From positions 50,526 through 114,525 of the forward strand of contig JAUXTT010000028.1 of the NCBI GenBank assembly GCA_030684395.1: a DNA stretch of 64,000 bases. Direction: 5' to 3'. A program made the translations under genes and the position numbers. The DNA comes from Bacteroidota bacterium (GTDB taxonomy: Bacteria > Bacteroidota > Bacteroidia > B-17B0 > Aurantibacillaceae). Under the pieces are notes generated by a model, which was not told where the DNA came from, did not search any database, and saw nothing but the letters and a program-made list of their open reading frames with translations. Of the stretch, positions 55,556-64,000 are shown piece by piece. Position 1 is the stretch's first letter; every line of letters begins with the position of its first letter.

Positions 55556-55696
55556 GCCGCAGATTCTCACAGATTTCGCAGATGGTTTTGGTAACAAATT
55601 AATAAGTTTATAATTAGCTGGATTTAAACTTATGATACTAATTTAAAAGATAAATCCGTGTAATCTGCGTATCCCGATTGCCATCGGGACTGCGGC
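55556..55696. repeat. GCAGATT-type intergenic inverted-repeat element (141 bp)
   Basis: Termini GCCGCAG (55556..55562) and CTGCGGC (55690..55696). Left arm GCCGCAGATTCTCACAGATTTCGCAGAT. The right arm holds AAATCCGTGTAATCTGCG plus the hairpin CCCGATTGCCATCGGG. Confidence 0.65.
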
Positions 55697-55712
55697 AGAA
55701 TACTAAATAAAA

Positions 55713-56147
55713 ATGGCGAACCAAAAATTCATATTAGAAAAATACGATCAGTACAATCATTTCGGTAAGCTGCTTGGAATGGAGTATACGGAGATGGGTA
55801 TAGGCAAGATCACCTATCGCCTTACTATTTCAGAAAAGCACCTTGCTACACCTAATGCTGCTCACGGCGGAGTAATTGCGGCCTTGATGGACGGCATGCT
55901 GGGCGTAGCTGCTTTATCGGCGGTAGCTCACGACAGTAAAGTTGTCTCTACTATTGAATACAAAACAAGTTTTTTTAGTCCGGCATTATTAGGCGATGTG
56001 CTTGAAGGAAAAGCATGGGTAGAAAAAACAGGTAAACGCATATTATTCAGTGCAGGTGAAATTACTGTTGTAAACAGAGATTTCACCATTATTGCAAAAG
56101 GAATGGGAACATTTAATGCCTATCCGGCTGAAAAAGCGGGCTACTAA
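55713..56147 (+). CDS. PaaI family (hotdog fold) thioesterase
   Basis: 144 aa with the motif NAAHGGVIAALMD. Confidence 0.85.
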   Translation: MANQKFILEKYDQYNHFGKLLGMEYTEMGIGKITYRLTISEKHLATPNAAHGGVIAALMDGMLGVAALSAVAHDSKVVSTIEYKTSFFSPALLGDVLEGKAWVEKTGKRILFSAGEITVVNRDFTIIAKGMGTFNAYPAEKAGY

Positions 56148-56153
56148 GCTCCC

Positions 56154-56373
56154 AACACAGAGATACAGAGGTAAAAGAGTTTCACGGAGAAAATTTAATC
56201 TATGTGAACTTTATGATTCAGCTACAATCATATTGATTAGGAATATCTAGCAATTATACTGCTGAAAAGATGGTTACAGGTTGGTTTAAAGTAAAAAAAT
56301 ATCGGCTACTAATCAATCTAAAAAAACTCTGTGTGACTCTTCCACCCTAGCAGTGTCTCTGCAACTCTGTGTT
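56154..56373. repeat. CACAGAG-type intergenic element with 9-bp perfect terminal inverted repeats (220 bp)
   Basis: AACACAGAG (56154..56162) and CTCTGTGTT (56365..56373). Internal CACGGAGA, CTCTGTGTG and GTGTCTCTG units. Fills the spacer between convergent genes. Confidence 0.65.
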
Positions 56374-56381
56374 AAAACACC

Positions 56382-56786
56382 TCACATCAAAATAACCTTA
56401 TACTTCTCAGCCATTTTTTTTATTTGCTCGTCACTCACATTGTGTTTGTTTTTTCCGTTGTGACGATTTTCAACGGTTAAAATAAAAATCTTATAATTAA
56501 ACTCTTTAGCGATTTTAAAATAAGGCTCCATTTCCCATTCAAGGGTAAAGGTGTTATCTACAAATATTTTTTTTGTTTTTTTCGCAGCAAAATCCCGTGT
56601 TTGGTCTTCACAATGTTTGTATGCTAAATGATTGTCTTTATAGTTAAAAACATATTCATCCGTTTCTGTATCCGTGAAATAACTATCAATAGAAGTAACA
56701 GGGTATTTGCCATTTTCACTCAAAAGCCTTGCTAAAGTGGTTTTTCCACTTCCGGGTAAACCTCTTAATAAAATAATTGCCGGCAT
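56382..56786 (-). CDS. P-loop NTPase/kinase (AAA_33-like)
   Basis: 134 aa with Walker A GLPGSGKTT. Small kinase-like fold. Confidence 0.7.
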   Translation of the reverse strand: MPAIILLRGLPGSGKTTLARLLSENGKYPVTSIDSYFTDTETDEYVFNYKDNHLAYKHCEDQTRDFAAKKTKKIFVDNTFTLEWEMEPYFKIAKEFNYKIFILTVENRHNGKNKHNVSDEQIKKMAEKYKVILM

Positions 56787-56863
56787 AAACTCAGATTCTT
56801 AAGTAAATTTACGATTTTAATCTGTTTCTTTCTATATTTGATAATCTAATCCTTATCTAAATT

Positions 56864-58468
56864 ATGCGCGGTACCTTCGTTTTTCTTTCTATAGTTGTTT
56901 GCCTTGGTGCAGCAGCAATATCCTGGTTTTTATGGACCCCTTTTTGGTTCTCATTTATATTGATTGCCCCGATTGTTTATATGGGAGTTTCGGATATGGT
57001 GCAAACTAAACAAACCCTGAAGAGAAATTATCCGATACTTGGAAGGATGCGTTGGATGGCCGAATGGATGCGCCCTAAGGTTTATCAGTACTTTATTGAA
57101 TCGGATACAGACGGCGCTCCATTTAACCGATTGAGCCGAAACGTTATCTATCAACGTGCTAAAAAAGTAAATGATACAACTCCTTTTGGAACACAATTAA
57201 ATGTTTACGAAACCGGTTACGAGTGGCTTAATCATAGTATTTCCCCTCTTTCCCACGATAAAGTAAATCATCATCCAAGGGTTACAGTTGGTGGTCCTGC
57301 ATGCAAACAACCTTATTCGGCAAGTGTTTTAAATATTTCCGCCATGAGTTACGGCTCTTTAAGTAAAAATGCTATCATGGCCTTAAACGGCGGGGCAAAA
57401 TTAGGTGGCTTTGCTCACAATACGGGCGAAGGTGGATTAAGCCCATACCATTTGAGTCCGGGTGGTGATATTTTTTGGCAAATTGGTACAGGTTATTTTG
57501 GTTGCAGAAATGCAGATGGAACTTTTAGTTATGAAGCTTTTGCTGAAAGAGCTGTTCTTCCTAATGTAAAAATGATCGAGGTCAAACTTTCTCAAGGTGC
57601 AAAACCAGGACACGGAGGTATATTACCAAAAGCAAAGGTTACGGATGAGATCGCGAAAATTCGTTTGGTTGAAAAAGGTAAAGATGTTTTATCTCCTCCT
57701 TATCACACTGCCTTTTCTACTCCGATAGAAATGCTGCAATTCATACAAAAATTACGTGATCTTTCGGGAGGAAAACCTGTTGGGTTTAAATTGTGTATCG
57801 GACAAAAAAATCAATTTATTTCCATTTGTAAAGCAATGATCAAATTGGATATAATGCCTGATTTCATTACAGTTGACGGTGGTGAAGGCGGAACCGGTGC
57901 CGCTCCATTAGAATTCAGTAATTCTGTTGGGATGCCATTAAGAGACGGTTTAGCTTTTGTTTACGATACTTTAAATGGTTTCGGAATAAAAAAACATATA
58001 AAGATCATTGCTTCAGGTAAAGTTCATACCGGCTTTGATTTGGTTAAAAATTTCTCTCTGGGGGCAGATATGTGTAATTGCGCAAGAGCCATGATGCTTG
58101 CTTTGGGCTGTATTCAGGCTTTAGAGTGTAATAATAATCAGTGCCCTACAGGAGTTGCAACTCAAAACCCAAAACTTTATGAAGGTTTAGATGTAAATGA
58201 TAAAAAAGTACGGGTTTCCAACTTCCAACAGGAAACCATTAAAGCTGCGGTTGAATTAATGGCAGCAGCAGGAATTGATCATCCTGATAAATTACATCGC
58301 TCACACATTTACAGAAGGGTTTCGGCTAATCAGATCCAAACATTCTCGCAAATGTACCCTAACATGCTAAAAGGTTCCTTACTGGAAGCTCCGTTTCCTG
58401 TGGGATGGGAACTTGATATGATGAACAGTACTGCAGAGAGTTTTGATTATGCTGTAAACCACGCATAA
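56864..58468 (+). CDS. FMN-binding glutamate synthase family protein
   Basis: N-terminal TM helices. GltS FMN-domain blocks (NISAMSYGSLS, GEGG, VDGGEGGTGAAP). Confidence 0.9.
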   Translation: MRGTFVFLSIVVCLGAAAISWFLWTPFWFSFILIAPIVYMGVSDMVQTKQTLKRNYPILGRMRWMAEWMRPKVYQYFIESDTDGAPFNRLSRNVIYQRAKKVNDTTPFGTQLNVYETGYEWLNHSISPLSHDKVNHHPRVTVGGPACKQPYSASVLNISAMSYGSLSKNAIMALNGGAKLGGFAHNTGEGGLSPYHLSPGGDIFWQIGTGYFGCRNADGTFSYEAFAERAVLPNVKMIEVKLSQGAKPGHGGILPKAKVTDEIAKIRLVEKGKDVLSPPYHTAFSTPIEMLQFIQKLRDLSGGKPVGFKLCIGQKNQFISICKAMIKLDIMPDFITVDGGEGGTGAAPLEFSNSVGMPLRDGLAFVYDTLNGFGIKKHIKIIASGKVHTGFDLVKNFSLGADMCNCARAMMLALGCIQALECNNNQCPTGVATQNPKLYEGLDVNDKKVRVSNFQQETIKAAVELMAAAGIDHPDKLHRSHIYRRVSANQIQTFSQMYPNMLKGSLLEAPFPVGWELDMMNSTAESFDYAVNHA

Positions 58469-58493
58469 TCACTAATTAAATAAAGTAATTTTG

Positions 58494-58770
58494 TGTCAGG
58501 TCGAGGGTTCAAATGTCGAAGTACAATTAGACCTGAATCGTCTTTCCCGATTGTACTCGAAATGACAGTAACTATGCCAAGTCGGGCGAAGTTAGGAACT
58601 TTTGCCAATGTTGGTGTTATCACCAACATGTATAATTACCCTAATTTCGTTGGTGATAACACCAACGCCGGCTTTAATGATAATTCAGCGGGAATATCAG
58701 GCCGAACGAAGTCGAGACCATTTAAGTGACAGTCTTCGAGCTGTTCTCGACTACACGCGAACTGATATTG
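58494..58770 (+). ncRNA. candidate structured RNA or cis-regulatory leader (unclassified)
   Basis: G+C-enriched block with at least five stem-loops and pairing block ends. It is open in three frames without protein-like sequence. Strand is assumed from the downstream gene. Confidence 0.25.
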
Positions 58771-58858
58771 CGTATAAATTTTAAAGAATTTCAAATAATA
58801 AACATTTCATTTTTTGAAATTCTCATTCATTCTATTATTTTTGACAAAAATTAAAATC

Positions 58859-59146
58859 ATGGCTCACGATACACATCATCACAACGAAGGTAAAAAAGCA
58901 GTTTTTGGTCCACCGGTAATTATGGGACTTGCATTTTGGTTATTTGCATTTTTCTTTTTAAGTCTTTGTGATGGTAAAAAAGGGCATGATGCTCACGAAT
59001 CAGGTGCAGGGCATGGTGCTGTAAAAGAAGTTGCTGTAGGAGATTCTACATCTATGACTTTAGTAGATTCACTAGGTAATACTTTTGAAGTAAAGGTTGC
59101 CGATACACCTAAGGAGCCTGTAAAAACAGATGAGCACGCTCACTAA
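58859..59146 (+). CDS. His-rich small membrane protein (95 aa)
   Basis: The ATG at 58859 gives MAHDTHHHNEG, one TM helix, then HDAHESGAGHG and a C-terminal DEHAH. The TTG-started ORF 58814 is probably too long. Confidence 0.5.
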   Translation: MAHDTHHHNEGKKAVFGPPVIMGLAFWLFAFFFLSLCDGKKGHDAHESGAGHGAVKEVAVGDSTSMTLVDSLGNTFEVKVADTPKEPVKTDEHAH

Positions 59147-59331
59147 TTAACCTTAATTTGTTACCTTCATTATCACTTGCTCTCAATAAAACAAGGATAA
59201 CTTGGTTCGAAGCCGCGAATTGATTATAACGGATATTTTATTTCCATGATCCTTCTTTGCGGTCTTCTCGCCTGAATGGACGGGTAGGTGTGTAAAATTT
59301 TGTGTTTGTGGTTCAATCTTTTGATTATTGC

Positions 59332-60936
59332 CTAATGCATTACTATTACTTTTCTGTTGATGGAAGTTTTTTTACTATTGCATTTAATTACATAAATTCC
59401 ATTAGGAACTTCTGACACATCTATTGATTTCTGAACTTTTCCTTTTGAATATTTCATTTTGGTAAATCCTGAGATAACTTTACCGTTAACATCTATCATC
59501 CCAATTTGAATCTCCGATTCTTCTTTGAGCTGAAACTGTATAGACAATTTATTAGTTGCAGGATTCGGAAATACATCAAAAAAAGCAAATTCTTCGCCTA
59601 TTGTTTTTATTGAAACTGTTGAATCATATTCAATATATATTCTATAAATAGTATCATTCGCAACAGATGAACCTTCATTTGGAAGGTCAGCTCTTATTCC
59701 CCCCAATATATATCCTGCAAGGGTTTTACCTGTAATGGAATTAAAATCCATCACATCATTTACATACCAGCTTATATTTCTGTTGGGAATAAATTTAGCA
59801 TTAGTTCCAAGTAATCCGGGAAGCTGTACCGGCATTACAGCCTCTTCGCAAATATTACCCGGTTTAACCGTAAAACAAGTTACATCAGAGATAAAAGGAA
59901 CCAACGTATCTTCAACAATCGAATTAGATGTGGGAACAAAATCATTAAAGCTCATACCACCAAAAAACACCGTATGCATTTTCTTTGAAACGGTATCAAA
60001 AATTGGTAAATAAGCGCAGGTATAATGATTCAATACCTGAGTATAAGGTAAAACGGTGTATCCTGAAGTATCCATATAAATGGGTTCAAAATATGGAAAA
60101 TCACGTTGTTTTTGAAACACTCCTGCATGAGCCATTAGTGCATGGTCTCCGTTAGGTTGAATCATTGGCACCACATTCAAATCTCTCCTGTGAAAATTAT
60201 TCGTATCCGTCAACTCTGTATAATCTACAACTTCAATATTACCTGCATTTTCAAAAATCTCAAATCGTTTTATCTGGCTTCTATAATACTGAGTATAGAT
60301 AGGCACAAAAGGGTTAGCATAACGTCCGTTAAAATCGTGACCAAACATTAACTGAAATTTTTTAGTGTAGTAATGCATTTCTCCACCACAAATCCGGAGG
60401 TTTGTATCTGTAACCTGCTTTATAAATGAATCAACAGGTGTTTGGTTGATCACTGCTTCTATCACACTATCCACAAGCAATCTGCTCACTACCGGAAAGG
60501 TCACAAATTTATTAAGGATGCTATCTCTCCCATACCCCCCAATCATGTACAAATACTCCTCTTTTTGCACATATTGCATATTTGTTGAGCGCAAAGGATC
60601 AGCAACTGCATAAGGCAAATTACTCAACGAACTCTGAAAAATCTGCCATCCAACAGTATCAATAACCGTAATGAAATTATTTGCATCGGCCTGCGGAAAA
60701 GGGTCGTTTGAGTTTAAACCATGTAAACCATTTGTTCTTCCCCCAATCAGTAACCATTTAGACCCGGATTGAGCAAAAGCGAATGAATGAAAGCCCTGAT
60801 TAATTGTAGTGTTATAAACAGGCTCTATGCTTATTTTAAAAGGCGGTTGTTCTGCAAATTGGGCCGACAGTTTACCTGCAATTAATAGTAATATAGAAAT
60901 TACTATCCGAAACCCGGTAATCTTTTTTTTGTTCAT
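59332..60936 (-). CDS. T9SS-secreted protein with Por C-terminal sorting domain
   Basis: ATG at 60936 (MNKKKITGF, signal peptide ending SAQ). C-terminal VFPNPATNKLSIQF...VIVMH. Confidence 0.8.
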   Translation of the reverse strand: MNKKKITGFRIVISILLLIAGKLSAQFAEQPPFKISIEPVYNTTINQGFHSFAFAQSGSKWLLIGGRTNGLHGLNSNDPFPQADANNFITVIDTVGWQIFQSSLSNLPYAVADPLRSTNMQYVQKEEYLYMIGGYGRDSILNKFVTFPVVSRLLVDSVIEAVINQTPVDSFIKQVTDTNLRICGGEMHYYTKKFQLMFGHDFNGRYANPFVPIYTQYYRSQIKRFEIFENAGNIEVVDYTELTDTNNFHRRDLNVVPMIQPNGDHALMAHAGVFQKQRDFPYFEPIYMDTSGYTVLPYTQVLNHYTCAYLPIFDTVSKKMHTVFFGGMSFNDFVPTSNSIVEDTLVPFISDVTCFTVKPGNICEEAVMPVQLPGLLGTNAKFIPNRNISWYVNDVMDFNSITGKTLAGYILGGIRADLPNEGSSVANDTIYRIYIEYDSTVSIKTIGEEFAFFDVFPNPATNKLSIQFQLKEESEIQIGMIDVNGKVISGFTKMKYSKGKVQKSIDVSEVPNGIYVIKCNSKKTSINRKVIVMH

Positions 60937-61093
60937 CCTTATAATTATTATTTTGACAAGAATACACAAAGTAAGCGATTGTGGGTAATTTTTTTAGGAT
61001 TTGCACCAATTTATTTTACTGATCCTTCTCATCAAACCTAACTAATTATGATGTTTAGTGCATTATTTTTAAGCTCAATTCACAAAAAAAGAC

Positions 61094-61101
61094 TACATTT
61101 G
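61094..61101 (+). promoter_or_regulatory. -7 box TAcaTTTG upstream of the ribosomal protein genes
   Basis: TACATTTG, about 165 nt upstream of the rplM start. A weaker TATCTTCG lies at 61209..61216. Confidence 0.35.
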
Positions 61102-61266
61102 CGCCCTTCTTTTGAAGTTTGGTCATCAAAAATCAGTTTATCAACTGAATATTAGAATTTAAAGGAATATTTTTTAATTTTTAATTTGTTCAAACCAAAA
61201 AGTTGTTCTATCTTCGCACCCCCTTTTGGGGATGTTGTATATTTTAACGAAATAAAGTAAATAAAA

Positions 61267-61725
61267 GTGGACGCAGTAAGTTACAAAACATCAAATGTAA
61301 ACCAGGCTACAGCTCAAAAGAAATGGATTCTTGTTGACGCTGAGAACCAAGTTGTAGGTCGTTTAGCATCTCAAGTAGCTGTTATTCTATTAGGAAAACA
61401 CAAAGTAGATTACACACCTCACGCTGATAGCGGAGATAACGTAATTATCATCAATGCCGAAAAAGTTCGCTTTACAGGTAATAAATTGAATGATAAAGTA
61501 TATTTACGTTATACAGGTTATCAAGGTGGACAGCGTTCTGCTTCTCCAAAAGAGTGGATGGCGAAAAAACCGGCTGAGATCTTAACCTGGGCAATCCATG
61601 GTATGCTTCCAAAAGGTCGTATGGGTCGTAAATTAAACACCAACGTGTTTATTTATGCGGGTACTGATCACAAGCATGATGCTCAACAACCAGTGAAAAT
61701 CGATTTAAAAACAATCAAAGGTTAA
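61267..61725 (+). CDS. rplM: 50S ribosomal protein L13
   Basis: GTG start. Conserved L13 sequence (WILVDAENQVVGRLAS...). Confidence 0.95.
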   Translation: MDAVSYKTSNVNQATAQKKWILVDAENQVVGRLASQVAVILLGKHKVDYTPHADSGDNVIIINAEKVRFTGNKLNDKVYLRYTGYQGGQRSASPKEWMAKKPAEILTWAIHGMLPKGRMGRKLNTNVFIYAGTDHKHDAQQPVKIDLKTIKG

Positions 61726-61734
61726 TTATAAATA

Positions 61735-62121
61735 ATGGAAGTAACAAAAACATCCGGACGCAGAAAAACAGCGGTAGCTAGAGTTTACCTTAGTAAAGGT
61801 GAAGGAGCGATCATAGTAAACGGAAAAGACTACAAAACATATTTCCCGGTTGCGACTTTACAATATTATGTTGAACAATCGTTGAACATATCTAAAGTAA
61901 GAAACGACTACGATATCAATGTAAATGTACAAGGTGGCGGAACAACAGGTCAGGCTCAGGCAATCCGTTTAGGTATTGCAAAAGCTTTAGTTGAACTAAA
62001 CGCAGAATTAAAACCGGCGTTACGCGCAGAAGGTTTAATGACACGTGACCCTCGTATGGTTGAGCGTAAGAAATTCGGTCAGAAGAAAGCTCGTAAACGT
62101 TTCCAATTCAGCAAACGTTAA
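61735..62121 (+). CDS. rpsI: 30S ribosomal protein S9
   Basis: 128 aa. GRRKTAVARV ... C-terminal KKARKRFQFSKR. Confidence 0.97.
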   Translation: MEVTKTSGRRKTAVARVYLSKGEGAIIVNGKDYKTYFPVATLQYYVEQSLNISKVRNDYDINVNVQGGGTTGQAQAIRLGIAKALVELNAELKPALRAEGLMTRDPRMVERKKFGQKKARKRFQFSKR

Positions 62122-62150
62122 TAGTAATACAAATTCAATACAGAATAGAA

Positions 62151-63014
62151 ATGTCAAGAACATCATTCAACGAATTATTAGAAGCAGGAGCGCACTTTGG
62201 ACATTTGCGCAGAAAATGGAACCCTGCTATGGCACCTTATATTTTTGCTGAGAAAAATGGTATCCATATCATTGATCTTAACAAAACTGTGGTGAAAGCC
62301 GAAGAGGCTGCGAACGCTCTTAAACAGATCGCTCGTTCCGGAAAAAAGATCCTGTTTGTTGCTACAAAAAAACAAGCAAAAGAAATAGTAGCTGAAAAAA
62401 TTAAAGCTATCACTATGCCTTACGTTACTGAGCGTTGGCCAGGTGGAATGCTAACAAACTTCGCTACGATCCGTAAAGCGGTACGTAAAATGGGTTTGTT
62501 AGAGAAAATGACCACTGATGGAACTTATGAGAATATCTCTAAAAAAGAGCGTTTAATGTTTTCTCGTGAGAGAGCTAAATTGGAAACTCAATTCGGTTCA
62601 ATTGCTGATCTTACACGTCTTCCTGCTGCATTGTTTATTGTTGATATCAGCAAAGAGCACATCGCGGTTAAAGAAGCAAAACGTTTGAATATCCCTACTT
62701 TTGCTATCGTTGATACCAACTCAAATCCAAATGAAGTTGATTTCCCGATCCCTGCAAATGATGATGCTTCTACATCTATCTCCCACATAATCGACGTTAT
62801 GGCTAAAGCTATCTCTGAAGGTTTATCTGAAAGAAAAGTTGATAAAGAATCTCAGGCAGCTGAAGAAAAAGAAACAGGTGCTACAAACAAAGAACATGCG
62901 GAAGAATTAGCAGAAGCGGTAAAAGGAAAATTCACAAAAGACAAAGATGAAGAATCTAAAGGCCCTTCAAAGCGTCCTCGTACAAATCCTGCTTTCGCAA
63001 AAAAGAAAAAATAG
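62151..63014 (+). CDS. rpsB: 30S ribosomal protein S2
   Basis: LLEAGAHFGH motif. A ~50-aa charged C-terminal extension. Confidence 0.97.
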   Translation: MSRTSFNELLEAGAHFGHLRRKWNPAMAPYIFAEKNGIHIIDLNKTVVKAEEAANALKQIARSGKKILFVATKKQAKEIVAEKIKAITMPYVTERWPGGMLTNFATIRKAVRKMGLLEKMTTDGTYENISKKERLMFSRERAKLETQFGSIADLTRLPAALFIVDISKEHIAVKEAKRLNIPTFAIVDTNSNPNEVDFPIPANDDASTSISHIIDVMAKAISEGLSERKVDKESQAAEEKETGATNKEHAEELAEAVKGKFTKDKDEESKGPSKRPRTNPAFAKKKK

Positions 63015-63039
63015 TATTTAACATTTAGATAAGATGATC

Positions 63040-63864
63040 ATGGCTATTACAGCTTCTGAAGTAAATAAATTACGCCAACAAACTGGCGCCGGGATGATGG
63101 ATTGCAAAAAAGCATTAGAAGAATCTAATGGTGATTTTGAAAAAGCAATTGACTTCCTTCGTAAAAAAGGTCAAAAAGTTGCAGCTAACCGTGCAGACAG
63201 AGATGCAAAAGAAGGTTTGGTTTTAGCAAAAACTACTGCCGACGGTAAACGTGGCGTTCTTTTAGTTGTGAATTGTGAAACTGATTTCGTTGCTAAGAAC
63301 GATGATTTCGGTGTATTTGCAAACACAGTTCTTGCCGCTGCAGTTGAAAAAAATCCTGCTGACATTGACTCTCTAAAGGCATTATCGTTCAACAGCGAAA
63401 TTACTATTGCTGATAAATTTATCGAACAAATTGGTAAAATCGGCGAGAAAATTGATATTGGTTCTTATCAGGTAATAACAGGTGAAACTGTATTCGGATA
63501 CAATCACCCTGGTAACCGTTTAGCATGTATCGTAGCTTTCAACAAAACAGTTTCTGAAGAAGTTGCGAAAAATGTGGCTATGCAGGTTGCGGCTATGGCT
63601 CCTGTTGCTTTAGACAAAGATGATGTTAGTACTGAGATGCTGGAAAGAGAATTAGAAATCGCTCGTGAGCAAATCCGTGCTGAAGGTAAGCCTGAAGATA
63701 TGGTTGAAAAAATTGCTCAGGGTAAAGTAAATAAATTCTACAAAGAATCTACTTTATTGAATCAGGAGTTTATTAAAGACAATAAACAAACGATCAGACA
63801 ATATTTACAGAGTATCGACAAAGACCTAACGGTAACAGCATTCAAACGCTATTCGTTAAGCTAA
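63040..63864 (+). CDS. tsf: translation elongation factor Ts
   Basis: MAITASEVNKLRQQTGAGMMDCKKAL (UBA-like N-terminus). An alternative ATG lies at 63034. Confidence 0.95.
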   Translation: MAITASEVNKLRQQTGAGMMDCKKALEESNGDFEKAIDFLRKKGQKVAANRADRDAKEGLVLAKTTADGKRGVLLVVNCETDFVAKNDDFGVFANTVLAAAVEKNPADIDSLKALSFNSEITIADKFIEQIGKIGEKIDIGSYQVITGETVFGYNHPGNRLACIVAFNKTVSEEVAKNVAMQVAAMAPVALDKDDVSTEMLERELEIAREQIRAEGKPEDMVEKIAQGKVNKFYKESTLLNQEFIKDNKQTIRQYLQSIDKDLTVTAFKRYSLS

Positions 63865-63872
63865 TAAATTTT

Positions 63873-63908
63873 AAAATCCCTCTTAATTTTTTAAGAGGGA
63901 TTTTTTTT
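63873..63908 (+). terminator. rho-independent terminator after tsf
   Basis: AAAATCCCTCTTAA-TTTT-TTAAGAGGGATTTTTTTT. Confidence 0.8.
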
Positions 63909-63940
63909 GCCCTATTGAATCATTTTTAAATAAAAACTAT

Positions 63941-64000
63941 ATGAAGTATAAACGTATTCTTTTAAAACTTAGTGGAGAAGCCCTGATGGGTAATAAAAAT
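63941..64000 (+). CDS. pyrH: UMP kinase, 5' end only (runs off window)
   Basis: MKYKRILLKLSGEALMGNKN is the typical PyrH N-terminus. Conserved position after tsf. Confidence 0.8.
   Translation, partial: MKYKRILLKLSGEALMGNKN

Noticed and set aside
58447-58784. Three overlapping 60-78-aa ORFs on both strands
   Set aside because: They mutually overlap in a G+C-enriched, hairpin-rich block. None has a plausible start context or protein-like composition, so the region is treated as a candidate RNA or regulatory region. A faint hexapeptide-repeat look (VGVITN...VGDNTNAG) was too weak to call a pseudogene.
61102-61266. Possible ribosomal-protein (L13/S9) leader structure upstream of rplM
   Set aside because: I saw only one short hairpin (TCAGTT-TATC-AACTGA). 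I cannot match it to a known r-protein leader from memory, so no call is made.

Overview
AT-rich (about one-third G+C by eye) chromosomal segment with the hallmarks of a Bacteroidota genome. Two secreted proteins end in T9SS (Por) C-terminal sorting domains, and several genes are preceded by TAnnTTTG -7 boxes rather than Shine-Dalgarno sites. The backbone is housekeeping: alaS, mrp/apbC-like, nifU-like, a DEAD-box helicase, pckA, gcvH, rnhA, pheS, dapD and rplM-rpsI-rpsB-tsf-pyrH. I support about 60 CDS and one tRNA-Arg(CCT). I see no rRNA, no CRISPR array, and no integrase, transposase or phage gene, and I could not identify a canonical defence system. The observations that most deserve a second look are: (1) a Fic (AMPylase) gene inserted at the 3' end of rnhA, bracketed by a 252-bp, ~88%-identical direct repeat of rnhA coding sequence whose differences are mostly synonymous, with no recombinase; (2) a DabA-DabB inorganic-carbon pump, a SulP transporter and a porin-like gene, where two similar-looking small membrane-anchored acidic proteins of unknown family each precede a transporter gene; (3) a ~280-nt G+C-enriched, hairpin-dense non-coding block upstream of a His-rich mini membrane protein; (4) tRNA-Arg preceded by a copy of its own 5' half interrupted by a GC hairpin; (5) two families of short inverted-repeat-bearing intergenic elements, two copies each; (6) a DUF4143 AAA ATPase gene bracketed by an exact 19-bp direct repeat; (7) two tandem tail-anchored mini-ORFs, one below the ORF-track cutoff. 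All coordinates, alignments and motif calls were made by eye from the sequence. Nothing was searched against a database.
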